The notes under the pieces were generated by a model. It saw only the letters and a list, made by a program, of their open reading frames with translations, was not told the origin of the DNA and did no database searches. Shown in pieces: positions 22,921 through 36,671 of a stretch of DNA of 44,559 bases. The stretch spans positions 1 to 44,559 of the forward strand of contig NW_021834927.1 in NCBI RefSeq assembly GCF_006345805.1, given 5' to 3'. Numbering within the stretch: the stretch's first letter is position 1; each line of letters opens with the position of its first letter. The stretch comes from Octopus sinensis. Lineage: Eukaryota. Both the position numbers and the translations under genes were made by a program.

Positions 22921-24621
22921 CATTACATTCGAGACAGCGCCTGCTATACGACCTCTTTGAAAGTTCGATAGATTTGTCACTTTAATGAATTTTAATTACC
23001 TTTTTTTTTAGCAAAACATATTAAGCAACAGTAAAAATAACATAAAAATAAACAAGCTTTTGACGGTTTTATAGATATTTCAACATTATGATGCTATGAT
23101 GGTAGGTGTTTCCATCATTTTGTCCAACATGTATATATGCATGTATATATTTTATATATCAAGGCCAGGTAGGATTATTTGCATCATTATCTCCATATCA
23201 TATCACCAGGATTCCTCTTATAGACACTCTTAACCCCTTGGACCCCGCGGACTCGTTGGGCACTATTACGTGTTTTTTAGCAGCTGTGGATCACATCTAA
23301 ACATACATACATACATACATACATACCCTTTGTTTGCATTTAATGAAGATAAACAGTTACAGTGTTACTATGCAGGAAGAGTTACACACACACACACACG
23401 CGCGCACACACACACATACACATGTGCAACTTGAATGACCCAAGACAATAAACATTTCTAACATTTCTGCATCACTTTCGGTATAACCGCCGTAACTATG
23501 AGCAGGTTACTACTGTTCAGTCTGAAGAGCTGATTTCCAGTTGTCATATGAATGGGTTTAGAGGGTATTACAAACTATTTATGGCTTTGACGTTAACCTA
23601 CATTTTAATTTATGCTAACATATGTTGAGGCCAGTGGCGACATTGGTTTCGTTAATTTTGGATTCAAACTTATCGATTATTTATTGATATTTGTGTTGAT
23701 TGACCAATGAAGGGAATTTTATGAGATGGTATAAATGTTATATATATTGGCTATAACTTTTGGCGCCGTGGTTGTATCGGGAAATATGGCACGTGTATAA
23801 AACCGAAACTTAATTTATATTAAATGTTTTGGTGCTTATAGAGAATATCGTATATTCCTCGCATAGAGAGAGGATGAGAGAGGGATGGAGGGAGACAGAA
23901 TAAAAGAGAAATACAGAGAAAGTTAACATTAGAATTGCAGGGTAATGCAAATACTAAGCTTAGTGGCAGGCAATGAGTAAAGGCAGGCTACAAGCACATG
24001 CACATTCAGAGCGAGAGAAAAAGAACAAGAGAGACTGAAGACGAGAAGAAGAAGTAACAGACCGAGTAAATATGGCAGATGTTATTTTGTTTTATCTAAA
24101 ACTATTTTAATGTATTATTTTATTTTAAAGGATATTATTTCTTTTCATCTTTGTTAAACACCCAGAAATTTAATAACATTTCTATTGTAATTATTCTATA
24201 TATGCCATAATTCCTGGTATTACCTGTGGTGCCAAAAGTATGTCTTCAGAGATACCTCTTATCGAAACGGTGACACTCAAGTGCTATTTATATCAATTCT
24301 CTTTCGTATTTCACGATGTTTTTCCTCTCAAGAATTTTGTGATTATCTCTCAAGGAGAACGATAAAAAAAGAGAAGACATTTTGCTGATTTCAAAAATAT
24401 AATAATTTTAAACAGCATTGCAGAATACCGTCACAATATAATCGGATTAAATATTTCCAGGTTAGATCAGGAACTTTAGCATAACGACCGTTTAAATTCC
24501 ATCTTCTTCCTTGAAAACATTGCTCGCATGATTTCCACCGAAGTTCCTCTATAACCTAATGGGTGTTATCATCATTGACCTCTTAGGTGTAAATGATAAC
24601 TTATGTCCGCACAGAAGAAAC

Positions 24622-25370
24622 ATGGCTCGTGGCTGTATTGTAAGAAGCTAGCTTCCCAATCACATGGTTCCGGGTCCAGTCCCATTGCGTGGCACCCTGG
24701 GAAAGTGTCTTCGACTATAGCCTCGGGCCAACCAAAGCCTTGTGAGTAGATTTGGTAAACGGAAACTGAAAGAAGCCCATATATATATATATATTTATAT
24801 ATATGTATACACACACACACAATAAATTTTTGCTACTTTATTTGTCTATTTGCATTGGTGTTGTATGAATACATATGGTTTTAGAGTCAGGTTTTGACTG
24901 CTATCTCTATCATGGTGGTATCTTTTAGATATCCTTAATTATAATTTTACACACACACATATATATATATATACACACTTATGTTTATATACATATACAT
25001 ACACACACATACATACATACATATATATATGTGTGTGTGTATATATATATATATACACATATATGTACACATGTTTAAATATATAGTTACACACACACAC
25101 GTACACAAACACACACATATACAAAGATATGTACATATACATATATATTTGTGTGCTTCTTTGTTTCTCCTACCACATCCTCGACTTGACAACCCGGGTT
25201 GGTGTGTTTACATCCCCGTAACATCACACTTCGGCAAAATACACTTAAAAAGAAAAAGCAAGGCGAAATAAGTTCTGTGGTTTTTAGTGGAATAAATTCA
25301 ACTAAAATATTGTTCAAGGTGGTGCCCCAGCATGGCCGGTATCTAATGACAGAAACACGTAAACGGTGAA
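24622..25370 (+). mobile_element. Older SINE family B copy, halves separated by ~370 bp of expanded microsatellite
   Basis: 5' half 24622-24790 (ggttccgggtccagtccc...cggaaactgaaagaagccc); 3' half ~25160-25370 (cttgacaacc...ggtgccccagcatggcc). Confidence 0.75.
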
Positions 25371-25799
25371 AATTAATAGATACCATGTGGTACCTACAAA
25401 TAATTTTTTCCCATGAATTTCTAATGGTTACTTCTACAAGAACATATTCTTTATACGTCTTGGGTATTTGTGTGCATTCTCGAACGGTGCGTTTCTTGTG
25501 ACCTTTTGGCATTTTGTAACTTATCGGTTCGGCAAATGGATATCAATAAAACTAGACAACAGAGTGAAATAATTAATAGGGGGGGGGATATGATCGACAG
25601 AACGTCTTGGAAACGGTGTGACGGCATGTCTGTAGCCAATGAATATACATACATAGATATAGACATACGCACACCCATACACACACGCAACATTGATTGC
25701 ATGCCCCCAGCATAAACACAACATAAACAAACGTTTGTCCATGCGTATAGACATGCACACACACACACACGCACACACACACGCTCATACATATACATA

Positions 25800-25823
25800 A
25801 ATATATATATGCATATATTTCTA

Positions 25824-25921
<98 letters not shown>

Positions 25922-26021
25922 ACATATATATATATATTATAGACAATATAGATGTTCATATATATCAATACATATACTTTATGTATGTATACATATGTAT
26001 GTTAGTTTATATGTATATATG

Positions 26022-26084
<63 letters not shown>

Positions 26085-26094
26085 GTATATATAT

Positions 26095-26126
<32 letters not shown>

Positions 26127-26128
26127 AT

Positions 26129-26193
<65 letters not shown>

Positions 26194-26200
26194 ATAAAAC
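25800..26200. repeat. (TCTA)n and long degenerate (TA)n array
   Basis: Directly visible. Confidence 0.95.
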
Positions 26201-26660
26201 GCATCAACTTCAATATCTCCATAGCCATTATAGGTGTGTTTGTTTATATTGCTCTGTATCTGTTTGCATAACTCGCTAATTGGCTCACACAAAACTCCGC
26301 ACCAACACAACAACAGCCACACCAACGACTACGACTACGATTGCTCAGTGGGGTCTATGATCCGTCGTAACTCCCTCTTCTTCTCTATCACCATCATTAA
26401 ATGATAAACCGATTTATGTTGTTGACAGCAGCCAAATCATTTAGGGGCCAATTTATGGCATTTTTATTTGAAGATTTTTTTGTTTTAGTTTTGTATTTTA
26501 ATCGTTTATTGTGTATATAAATACTTCCCATTGCCCCCCTCTCTCTCTCTCTCTCCTTTTCTTTCTTCTCGCGCACTGTCTCTTTCTCATTTACACACAT
26601 ACACACATACACACTTATGTATGCAAACATATATTTAAATACAAAGCTATACACATACGC

Positions 26661-26730
<70 letters not shown>

Positions 26731-26887
26731 GTATATATATGTATATATATATATAATATAATATATATATACATATATATATATATACATACATATATAT
26801 ACATGTATATATATATATATATGTATCTGTGTTTTCATAGATCATGTTTCTAAGTATATATTCAATGGGTTCTTCCTTACGACAATT

Positions 26888-26957
<70 letters not shown>

Positions 26958-27761
26958 GTGTGTGTGTGTGTGTGTGTGTGTGTGCATGATCTATATATCT
27001 ACATTGGTATCTATGCCTGTCTATTTATATTACACTCTATTCAAATATATATGTATATATATACAAGGGTAGTGCCCGTCGAAAATGGCGGAGTTACGTC
27101 TTTCCCTTCTGTAAAGAGATACATGTCTTAACGTTTTTAATTCAAGCTTTCCTCTATATTATTCTTTGTGTTTTATTTTATTACAAAATTTCTTATGATT
27201 TTCCCTCGAGCCTTGTTTCTGCTTCGTCTTATGTTTCTTGTTATCTTTTTGCAGCACTTCTCTCCAATTCCCATTGAGCAATATCTTCTTCTTATGATTG
27301 TTTTCGCCTGCTTTCTGCATTTCGAAATCAAACAGTTTCTCTGCGATTTCCTTCTTAAGTTCTCAAAATTATTCCTTTTATGTTTCTGAAATTTTTTAAA
27401 GATTTCAGATCAAAATTTTTCCTTGCTTGCAAATATTACGACCATTTTGTTGTACCATTGCGATTCATTTTCTTCTTTATTGTTCAATGTTTTGTAACTC
27501 GTTTATGTTACGTAAACGAGTTGTGTAACTCCACAGCCAATTAGGTTGTAATAGAACAACCTGTCCAATCAGCTATTTGATTATACGAAGAATATCACCG
27601 CATCATTTATGCTCGTTTATGAACCGTTGCATTGGTGCGAAGGTCCACTTTTTTCTGAAGATCGCTTTGTTAAGTTTTTCAGCGTAATAAAATACTATCA
27701 CATATTACTTTTTTTAAAATTCTAATTTCTCCCCTCCGCCCCGTTTTGCATATGTGCGCAC

Positions 27762-28174
27762 ACAGGATTGGCTGTGTGGTAAGTAGCTTGCCTACCCACC
27801 ACATGGTTCTGGGTTCAGTCGCACTGCGTGGCATCTTGGGCAAGTGTCATCCACTATAGCCTCGGGCCGACCAATGCCTTGTGAGTGGATTTGGTAGACG
27901 GAAACTGAAAGAAGCCTGTCGTATATATGTATATATATATATGTGTGTGTGTGTGTGTATATGTTTGTGTGTCTGTGTTTGTGCCCCTAGCATTGCTTGA
28001 CAACCGATGCTGGTGTGTTTACGTCCCCGTCACTTAGCGGTTCGGCAAAAGAGAACGATAGAATAAGTACTGGGCTTACAAAGAATAAGTCCCGGGGTCG
28101 ATTTGCTCGACTAAAGGCGGTGCTCCAGCATGGCCGCAGTCAAATGACTGAAACAAGTAAAAGAGTAAAAGAGT
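27762..28174 (+). mobile_element. SINE family B, full length
   Basis: Same head, CORE-like segment, internal (TA)/(TG) and gtaaaagag tail as 3544-4012. Confidence 0.9.
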
Positions 28175-28539
28175 ATATGTCTATGACTATCTCTCTCTCT
28201 CTCACTCTTCATATTTCTCTCCTTCTCTCTCTATCTGTATAACGATGTGTCCGTGTGTGGGAAAGGCGTGTTGCTTCACGCTTAGTGTTGCACTCATGAC
28301 TGCAAAATCTTGATTTCGATTCCCTAAAAAGCGATTCTTTGAGTTCCTGTACAAAATGCTTCGTTTCACCCGGCATTAAATGGGTAACACTTCAATGGAG
28401 TGGCCCCCATCCAGCCTGCGTAGTGGCATCATTCGAAACCTCCAGCAATGCAAAGAAGCGCAATGTGACTGGCGGTATATAGCAACACTAAACAGTTTCG
28501 TTAATACAATGATATAGGGAGCTATGTATCCATCCATCC

Positions 28540-28630
<91 letters not shown>

Positions 28631-29012
28631 CATCTATATATCTATCTATACGTATATGTATGCGTACGTATGTGTACATATACTCACATGCATACATACA
28701 TATATTTATACATATGAATAAACAATATATGTGAATATATATATATATTTGTATACACGCACACACATATATATGTATGTATATGTATACATGCATATAT
28801 ACATATATGGATATACGTACACACAGAAACACAAGCACGCAGCACACACACACGCACACACACACAAACACGCACACATGCTATTTGCTAAAATCGAAAA
28901 AAATCTTTATAAACTGTTACTCCGGCAAACATGAGTAACGGTTTGTGAAAATATTTGTCGGATTTGGTGATCGCTTTCCTGGTTAAATACATACATATAT
29001 ACATACACACAC

Positions 29013-29058
<46 letters not shown>

Positions 29059-29260
29059 CTATATATATTCATGCTTAGAATTTTAAATTATGTTTGGAAT
29101 TATAAACTAGAAAAAGAATGCGATGCAATGTATCTTAACATTAATTCATTTATTTGCTTGAATAATTGTCCCCCACCAACACATTCACACATAGATGCAC
29201 GTTGCATTTATAAATACAGAATATATACGGATGCACATATCTAGGTATGTATATGTATAT

Positions 29261-29307
<47 letters not shown>

Positions 29308-29322
29308 AATATATAAATATGC

Positions 29323-29365
<43 letters not shown>

Positions 29366-29524
29366 ATGTATGCATATTTATATATATGTGTGTGTGTGCA
29401 TGCATATATATGCATACAGATACACATAAAGTCACACATACATATACAATGTGTGTATTTATGCATGCGTATGTTTGCCTGGGTATCTGAGCTTGTGTAA
29501 GCGCGTTTGTGTGTGTGTGTGTGA

Positions 29525-29571
<47 letters not shown>

Positions 29572-30318
29572 TGTTTGTATTTGTAGGAACTCAACTCTTT
29601 CTGTATATGAACGGAAATATATGTGATTAAGCCGTTTAATGGTTGTTTCACTCCATGTTCCCAGACAGTGTTCCCTGGGAAAGTCAAAACAAGAATATTC
29701 ACTGACACCGCGATAACAACCACATGAACAGGATTTCCAATGTGACCACCACTACCACAAAAGCAATCTCGACCATATTGTCCCATCAGAAAATTCCAGC
29801 CATATTCCAGACATGGCCATCGTTTCCATGATATAACTCGTGTTAAAGTGGAACGAATCTCAGACGGAAGGCTTTGTTATACAATACATTTCGTAAAAGA
29901 AAAGCAAATAGAAGTCAGATATAGAAGGCGGCCAGTTTTATTAGAGGGAACGGGCGACTGGGGATAATCTTATTTGTGTTAATGCTAGAAATAGATGCCA
30001 TACCAATAAGCAAAAGATTTAAGGTTTGAGGTTTAAAACTAAGGATAAAAATTAATATCATAAAAGTGATAAAGAATAAACGTAAAAAATAAAAGATAAA
30101 AAAACAAAAATAAAATACGATAACTGTAAAATTAAAATCAAATTTAAGTTAAAAATAAGGTTAAAAATTAAAAATTAAGAACTGAGAATCCGTAGTATTA
30201 ATGAAGACATTTAGGAGGAAAAAGCATCATGGAATAAAGTAACGGTGAAGGGTGATGTGTGTGGCGGTAGCAGATAAGTAAATATGGTTAAGCTAGAAGT
30301 TAGGCTTAATCCGAAGTG

Positions 30319-30830
30319 CTAGGTTTCTTTACACTTGAACCTGTGGAACAGATTGAAGGAGCCAAGGAATCCATGTTTACACGTGGAGAAGGCTTTGTGT
30401 TGCTTATTAAGTGGTTGTGTAACAAGATGTGTGAGGATTCCTTTAGGCATAGCCAACAAGGAGTATGGAGGACCAGAGTCTAGGATGGACCATGTTATGC
30501 TGTAAGATATCTTCATTCTCTTAAGATAATGCACACAGCCAGCTAGAGAAACAGATTTGCTATGATCTTCGTATTTAAACGAATACAGATGCGCCGAATA
30601 TCGTTGCTTGGAATTACTCATAGCTCCCAATAGAGTACCGAGGAGGATTGAGAAGTATGGTATGAACCATCCATTTATAAACCACGTTGAATCTTTTGCA
30701 ATTAGTTTACAAAGTGCGTTTGTTGATAGACTTGCAGCTGCAACCAGACCTATGTGGGATGGAAGCATTCGCTATATGGAGACTGGATATAACATGGTTA
30801 GAGGGTATGCTAGGCTTTAGAATGGATCCC
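30319..30830 (-). pseudogene. Second Penelope-like GIY-YIG endonuclease relic
   Basis: KQRYSAHLYSFKYEDHSKSVSLA..HYLKR..I.YSITWSILDSGPPY...LN....STCKH resembles the PLE endonuclease C-terminal pattern. Confidence 0.7.
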
Positions 30831-31024
30831 TGCAGTCCACCCCCAATGTATTCGATTTTCTCATTGTCATTAGTACCTTTAATGTAAAGATTAATAAATG
30901 AGACCATAAATATTCCAGATTCCTTGGAAAAACTTAGCGCGGTACTATTTCGTTGGTTGGTATCAGAAACACTTTTACCGTAATTGGTACTAAAGATATG
31001 GCTGCTATTATTATTATTATCATT

Positions 31025-31509
31025 ATTGCCTTTGCATAGCTTCTAAAGCTGGAGATGTACTACAGTGTCAGCTGTTCACTACCAGTGAGCTGAGGTAACA
31101 GCTCTTATTTTTCGAGTACCTTCCGGTGTATTCGAGCGGTTCCAAGCAGTGTTTTCCTGCAATTGCTCCACCCTTATTGCAGCCCCTATTTGTTCCACGT
31201 CATCTACCAGGTTGCTCAGGTAGTGACACTCCATGACCACAGCATTAATTTGTTTCCTCCATCTACGCCATGTGTGGTGGTCCCTTTCTAGGTATCGACA
31301 GGCTGGAGCCGGGCCAGAATCTCTGAGCCTACCAGGTGTAACACTGTCACCATCATTGACTTCAGTTTTATTACCACCGTTATTCACAATATTTTGTTTT
31401 TTCATATGAGGTTGCGATTATCAGATTGCGCAATTATCAGTGTTTTTATTGTGACACCATCACTAGATGTATCATTATTAGCCCATAAGGAGACTCCACA
31501 CGTTTCCTT

Positions 31510-31510
<1 letters not shown>
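31025..31510 (-). mobile_element. Internally deleted R4/Dong-like element (5' UTR and ORF start fused to 3' end)
   Basis: MKKQNIV...RRWRKQINAVVMECHYLSN joined at ~31200 to EQIGAAIRVEQLQ; 31028-31200 is about 80% identical (by eye) to the reverse complement of 37560-37735; AAT repeats at both ends. Confidence 0.7.
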
Positions 31511-31607
<97 letters not shown>

Positions 31608-31697
31608 ATTATTACTATTATTGTTATCTTAACCTATAATATAATAAAATATATATAAAACAATGCAATATAATATAGTATATATATATATATATAT

Positions 31698-32008
31698 CAT
31701 CGTCACTGGACTATCAGCTCTTCGGACCCATGAAAGAGAGTTTGAGCAGCAAACATTATTCCAGTGACGAGGAAGTGAAAACTGTAGTGAAGAAGTGGCT
31801 CAAAGAACAGTCAACAGAATTTGACGGGGCAGGGATACATGCTCTCATTCGAAGGTGGAACATTGCTATTGAGAGAAATGGCGACTGTGTTGATGAGTAG
31901 GGATGTGATCCACAGAGGACCAGCTTCATTTTGATGTATGGTACATGTTCCTGTGTTGTTAATTACAGCTGTCCTTAAGAAAATGGCATTACTTTTTGAC
32001 TCAGCCTC

Positions 32009-32010
<2 letters not shown>
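31698..32010 (+). mobile_element. Mariner transposase C-terminus plus 3' terminal region
   Basis: DYQLFGPMKESLSSKHYSSDEEVKTVVKKWL...IHALIRRWNIAIERNGDCVDE*; ends ttactttttgactcagcctcg into (TA)n. Confidence 0.85.
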
Positions 32011-32049
<39 letters not shown>

Positions 32050-32051
<2 letters not shown>

Positions 32052-32630
32052 CAAAATAAGCAACAAGAATGACTCCGGTAGTTTGGTACGATCGTTTCGT
32101 ACTACATCATTTTATTAAATGTTGTAAGTATTACAACAGATTTAAAATGCCGAGTACTCATCAGCCAATTATAGAGGTTTTCCATTAATACAAAAATGTT
32201 CATATCAAGTGGCAACATTATAGAGAAGGTAGATATATATAGACAAAGATGTGGATTTAGATTTTAAGAACATTTGAGGTAGTGGAGCCCATCAACTGAG
32301 TGATTAAGATTTGGTTGATCCAAACTACTGTAAGGTTGTGAGAGGGAAGAATAAGTCGAAGGAGACAATAAAGATTTTCTAATTATAGAAATGGGGTAAA
32401 GGGAGTTTCAGAGCTCCAAATAAGGAATGTATATGGAAGACAGCATTGTCACTACTAAATGCCAATTACTACTATTTGATGAACATATTCAGCGTTAGGT
32501 GAACTAGGTCAATGTCAAATGGTCACAATCACATTCACAGAGAGTGCAGAGACCTTACAAACCCTATGCACATCAACGCAACAGCTGGTCTATAGAATAA
32601 AGGAAAAAATATAAATATATTATTCAATTA
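32050..32630 (-). mobile_element. ~580-bp non-coding element between (TA)n tracts carrying an intact hammerhead
   Basis: Complex sequence bounded by (TA)n at 32011-32049 and ~32630; ribozyme near its minus-strand 3' end. Confidence 0.55.
32083..32168 (-). ncRNA. Type I hammerhead ribozyme, canonical core, GUA cleavage site
   Basis: UUGG-CUGAUGA-GUACU-(extended hairpin)-AGUAC-GAAAC-GAUC-GUA-CCAA; stem III is the palindrome ACGAUCGU. Confidence 0.88.
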
Positions 32631-32849
32631 TATATATATATCTTATTCCTGTTATGTTTTACTTGTTTCAATCATTAGACTGCAGCTATGCTGGGGCACC
32701 ATTTTGAAGAATGTATTGATCAAAGGTGACGAAACACTAGGTTCTTGGGTCATTTCCGCAACGTACTGCTGATCACACACACACACACACACACACAATC
32801 TATTTTATATTTTATTTGATATGTATGTGAGGAATGAATAGGACGCAGA

Positions 32850-33370
32850 GTTTGTGGTGGTGGTGGTGGTAGTGGTGGAGGTAGTGATATCATTGGTGGT
32901 GGTATTGGATATATGTGTCGGTGGCACCGATGCGGGGAATGATGGGAAATATGGTGATGACGATGACAAGGATGACGACGATAACGATGATGATGTGTAC
33001 GATGATGATGGTAATGGTAATGTGTGGGACGCCGTGATCTGGATGATTCTCATGGTAAATGGAATGGCGGCAGCGATGGCCATGATAACAATAATGACAA
33101 TGTCGATGATGATGATAATTAAAATGATGGTGACGATATGTATGGTGACGATGATTACAAAAGATTGTGGATGTGGTGGTGGTGGTGGAGGTAGTGGCGG
33201 TGGTGGTGGCGGCGGCAGCGGCGGAGTTGGTGATGGTGGCTGATTGTGGGTGGATGTCGAGAATGGAAATTGACGATGGGGATAGCGGTGATGTCGGAGT
33301 CATTTGTCGGTGAGGAGGTTTGTGAAGGTGTTTAGTCATTGATGTGGTGGTGGTGTTCGGAATGGTGGCG
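32850..33370. repeat. Degenerate (GGT)/(GAT)/(GGC) low-complexity tract
   Basis: Directly visible; source of the spurious ORFs 32805-33339. Confidence 0.85.
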
Positions 33371-33812
33371 GCGCTGAGGGGGCTGAGATATCCCGTGGTT
33401 AGAAGTCTGTAATCACTTACATATAAAAAGATACAGAGCCACTGACCGTAACAGGAGTTGATAGCATTTTTTACCGATTAATGTGTTAAACTTTTTGGTG
33501 TCTTTTTCTGATGACCGGAAGTCTCAGGAGAACTTACTCTTCTTCAGAAAAAAACTCCAAAAAAGTGCAAAAAGAAGATGTGGAAAAAAACTTTTAAAAA
33601 ATACGCTGTGTGAGGGAGGATATGGGGGTGGAGTATGGTGAAGAGAAAGGAAAGGATAGAACAGAAAGTAGTGGAGGGAGCGAGAGAGAGGGACACGGGC
33701 CAATTATGAGGAGTCTTTGAGGTGAAGATGGGGGAGAAAGGAGGTGAGTTTGCACTTTTTTGCGTATAAGTTTGTTTGTGTGTGTGTGTGTGTGCGACAG
33801 AGAGAGGGAGAG

Positions 33813-33854
<42 letters not shown>

Positions 33855-34129
33855 GAAGAGAGAGAGAGACAGACAGAGTGTGTGAGTAATTTGGGGGTTT
33901 CTCTAAATAGATTCCACTTTCTTGTTTTTGGCGCCGGAACGAAAGAAAAACAAAGCAAAATTAACAACAACAAAAAAAAATAATAAGTAAATGAGTAAAA
34001 AGAAAGGATCCCGTATTCTCAAGAGTGGTTAATTCTGTGTGAGTCATTTACTAGAACGATGATGACAATGATGATAATGAAGATGGTCGTAATAATAGGA
34101 ACATCATCAACAACAATAACAACAACAAC

Positions 34130-34132
34130 GGC

Positions 34133-34181
<49 letters not shown>

Positions 34182-34182
34182 T

Positions 34183-34219
<37 letters not shown>

Positions 34220-34223
34220 TAAT

Positions 34224-34254
<31 letters not shown>

Positions 34255-34350
34255 TATAATAATAATAATAATAATTAATAATAATAATAATAATAAAATA
34301 ATAATAATAATAATAATTAATAATAAAATAATAATAATAATAATAATAAT

Positions 34351-34395
<45 letters not shown>

Positions 34396-34427
34396 TAATA
34401 ATAATGATAATAATAATAATAATAATA

Positions 34428-34465
<38 letters not shown>

Positions 34466-34470
34466 TAATA

Positions 34471-34532
<62 letters not shown>
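34130..34532. repeat. ~400-bp (AAT)n array
   Basis: Directly visible. Confidence 0.95.
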
Positions 34533-34534
<2 letters not shown>

Positions 34535-34900
34535 AAGGACAAGATGAGGAGAAATGGTAAAATTCGGGGAAAAAGGAAGCAATATTTTTTCGTATTTTGA
34601 AAGTTTGTTTTTTATATTTCATTCTTTATTATCATCATCATCATCATCATCATCATCCTCATCATCATCATCATCATCATCATATATTTGATTTATTTAT
34701 TGATTTACGTATTTGTACTTGATAGGATAATGATACAAAAATAATGACTTCGCAAGGATGCGAAACAATGAACGGCCGCCCTTTCCCTTTTTCTTTATAG
34801 TTCAATATAGTTTTTTTTAAGGTGATGAACTCCTTTGTGTATACATACATACATACATACACACATGTATATATATATACATACACATATATATATGTAC

Positions 34901-34943
<43 letters not shown>

Positions 34944-34962
34944 CATACAAATAATATAAACC

Positions 34963-34993
<31 letters not shown>

Positions 34994-35499
34994 TATATAT
35001 GTAAAAGTAAAAAAAAATGTGTGTGTATATATGTATGTAGGGTTTCATTGCTGAGCTACTGGAGTGAAAATTATTATTATTATTACCCAGGGATCTTCAC
35101 TCGAGACATTCTAAAGAGTAAGAAAAAGCAAAATATAGCACGGACCATCAGCCAGGTGATCCTTTACCTTTTTTTGTTCTGCTGTATCATAATTTGCCAA
35201 TTCTCTCAAGATGATAAGGTATAATTATATTTTCCAGAATCAAGGGACCCTCTGATGGGCTGTGCCAATGGGAGTAAGAAGGTGGTGGAGGAAGAATTGA
35301 GAAAAAAGGATTGTGGGTGGGGATTGAAGCATTCTTGCTGCGAATAAATGACTTGAAAAAAAACATCCACAAAAATTATTAAAATTTTCAAGTCTATGTT
35401 GGGAACAATTTAAACGATCCTGTTTTCTCCAGGAGCAACACCATTAGATCAACGTGTTGATTTCTGATGCTGAAGAGCTCAATGGAACTCTTCAGGTTC

Positions 35500-35690
35500 C
35501 CCTCCTCCTCCTCTTCCTCCTCCTCCTCCTCCTCCTCCTCTCCTCCTCCTCCTCTCCTCCTCCTCTTCCTCTTCTTCTTCGTCTTCTTCTTCTTCTTCTT
35601 CTTCTCTCCTTCTTCTTCTTCTTCTTCTTCTGCTTCTTCTACTTATAACTATTGTTATTGTTGTTTTTGTTGTTGTTGGTGTTGTTGTTG

Positions 35691-35732
<42 letters not shown>

Positions 35733-35745
35733 TATTATTACTATT
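35500..35745. repeat. Compound (CCT)(CTT)(TTG)(TTA) microsatellite
   Basis: Directly visible. Confidence 0.95.
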
Positions 35746-35888
35746 AGACACAGACCCGCCAATTGTGTAGCCTATTATACAACCCCCTAAGTACTTGAGT
35801 GGTTCATGAATCTACCAACACCAGAGTTCTACCAATCTGCCGTTGTTAACAAGAAGGACCACAGCAGAAGAAACAACGAAGTTATAGA

Positions 35889-35961
<73 letters not shown>

Positions 35962-35964
35962 TGA

Positions 35965-36550
35965 TGATGTGAGAGCCTTGCACATAAAGAATACAAAAGC
36001 CCCCACGATAAAGTGTGTGTGTGTGTAACTTCATTGGCTCTTATGCTGTAAATACCAACATGAAGTAACAGAGGAGTGGCATGTGCATCAAGTAAATATG
36101 CAGGAAGATGGAAAAGTAACGATACACATGGACAATGATTTTCAGACGGAACGAACAGCATCGGACGGATATAGCCATATTGAATAACAGAGACAAATAC
36201 TGTCAGATCATTGATGTAGCCATACCAAAAGACATGAATGGTGTGAGTAAAGAAGTAGAAAAAAATCACCAAGTTCTCCGAATTGAAAGTGGAAATGGCA
36301 AAACTATATGGAATGCGAGAGGCTAATGTAAAAGTGATACCAGTGGTGATCGGAGCTTTGGGCTCAATCCGATTGAAACTTCAAGACTTAAGGCAACGGG
36401 AAATTCCATGCAAGATTGATGTCTTGCAAAAAGCAGCCTTATTGGGAACAGGACACACCTTAAGGAAAGTATTGTCTGTCTAAGTTCCTTGTTGTGACTT
36501 GACAGATGATTAAAAACTCCGGTGCGTTTTACCTCACTGTGTTCCGAATG
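35965..36550 (+). mobile_element. 3' fragment of an R4/Dong-like element (RLE domain and 3' UTR)
   Basis: RTDIAILN...IIDVAIPKD; VIPVVIGALGSI...LQKAALLGTGHTLRKVL; (AAT)n on both sides. Confidence 0.8.
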
Positions 36551-36566
36551 AATAATAATGATGATA

Positions 36567-36615
<49 letters not shown>

Positions 36616-36623
36616 TAATAATA

Positions 36624-36669
<46 letters not shown>

Positions 36670-36671
36670 TA

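Noticed and set aside
23230-23260. TTAA-CCC start resembling a piggyBac terminus
   Set aside because: No matching opposite terminus found in the window
27070-27720. Lys-rich broken minus-strand frames, possibly a DNA-transposon relic
   Set aside because: No diagnostic motif recognised
29590-29890. Non-repetitive part of ORF 29241..29786 as a host exon
   Set aside because: No clear splice pair or recognisable domain; the ORF length comes from running into (CA)n
31430-31510. Possible HDV-like ribozyme at the 5' end of the deleted R4 element
   Set aside because: Some parts fit (tccttat-gg-gc and a P4-like hairpin), but a complete nested pseudoknot cannot be assembled
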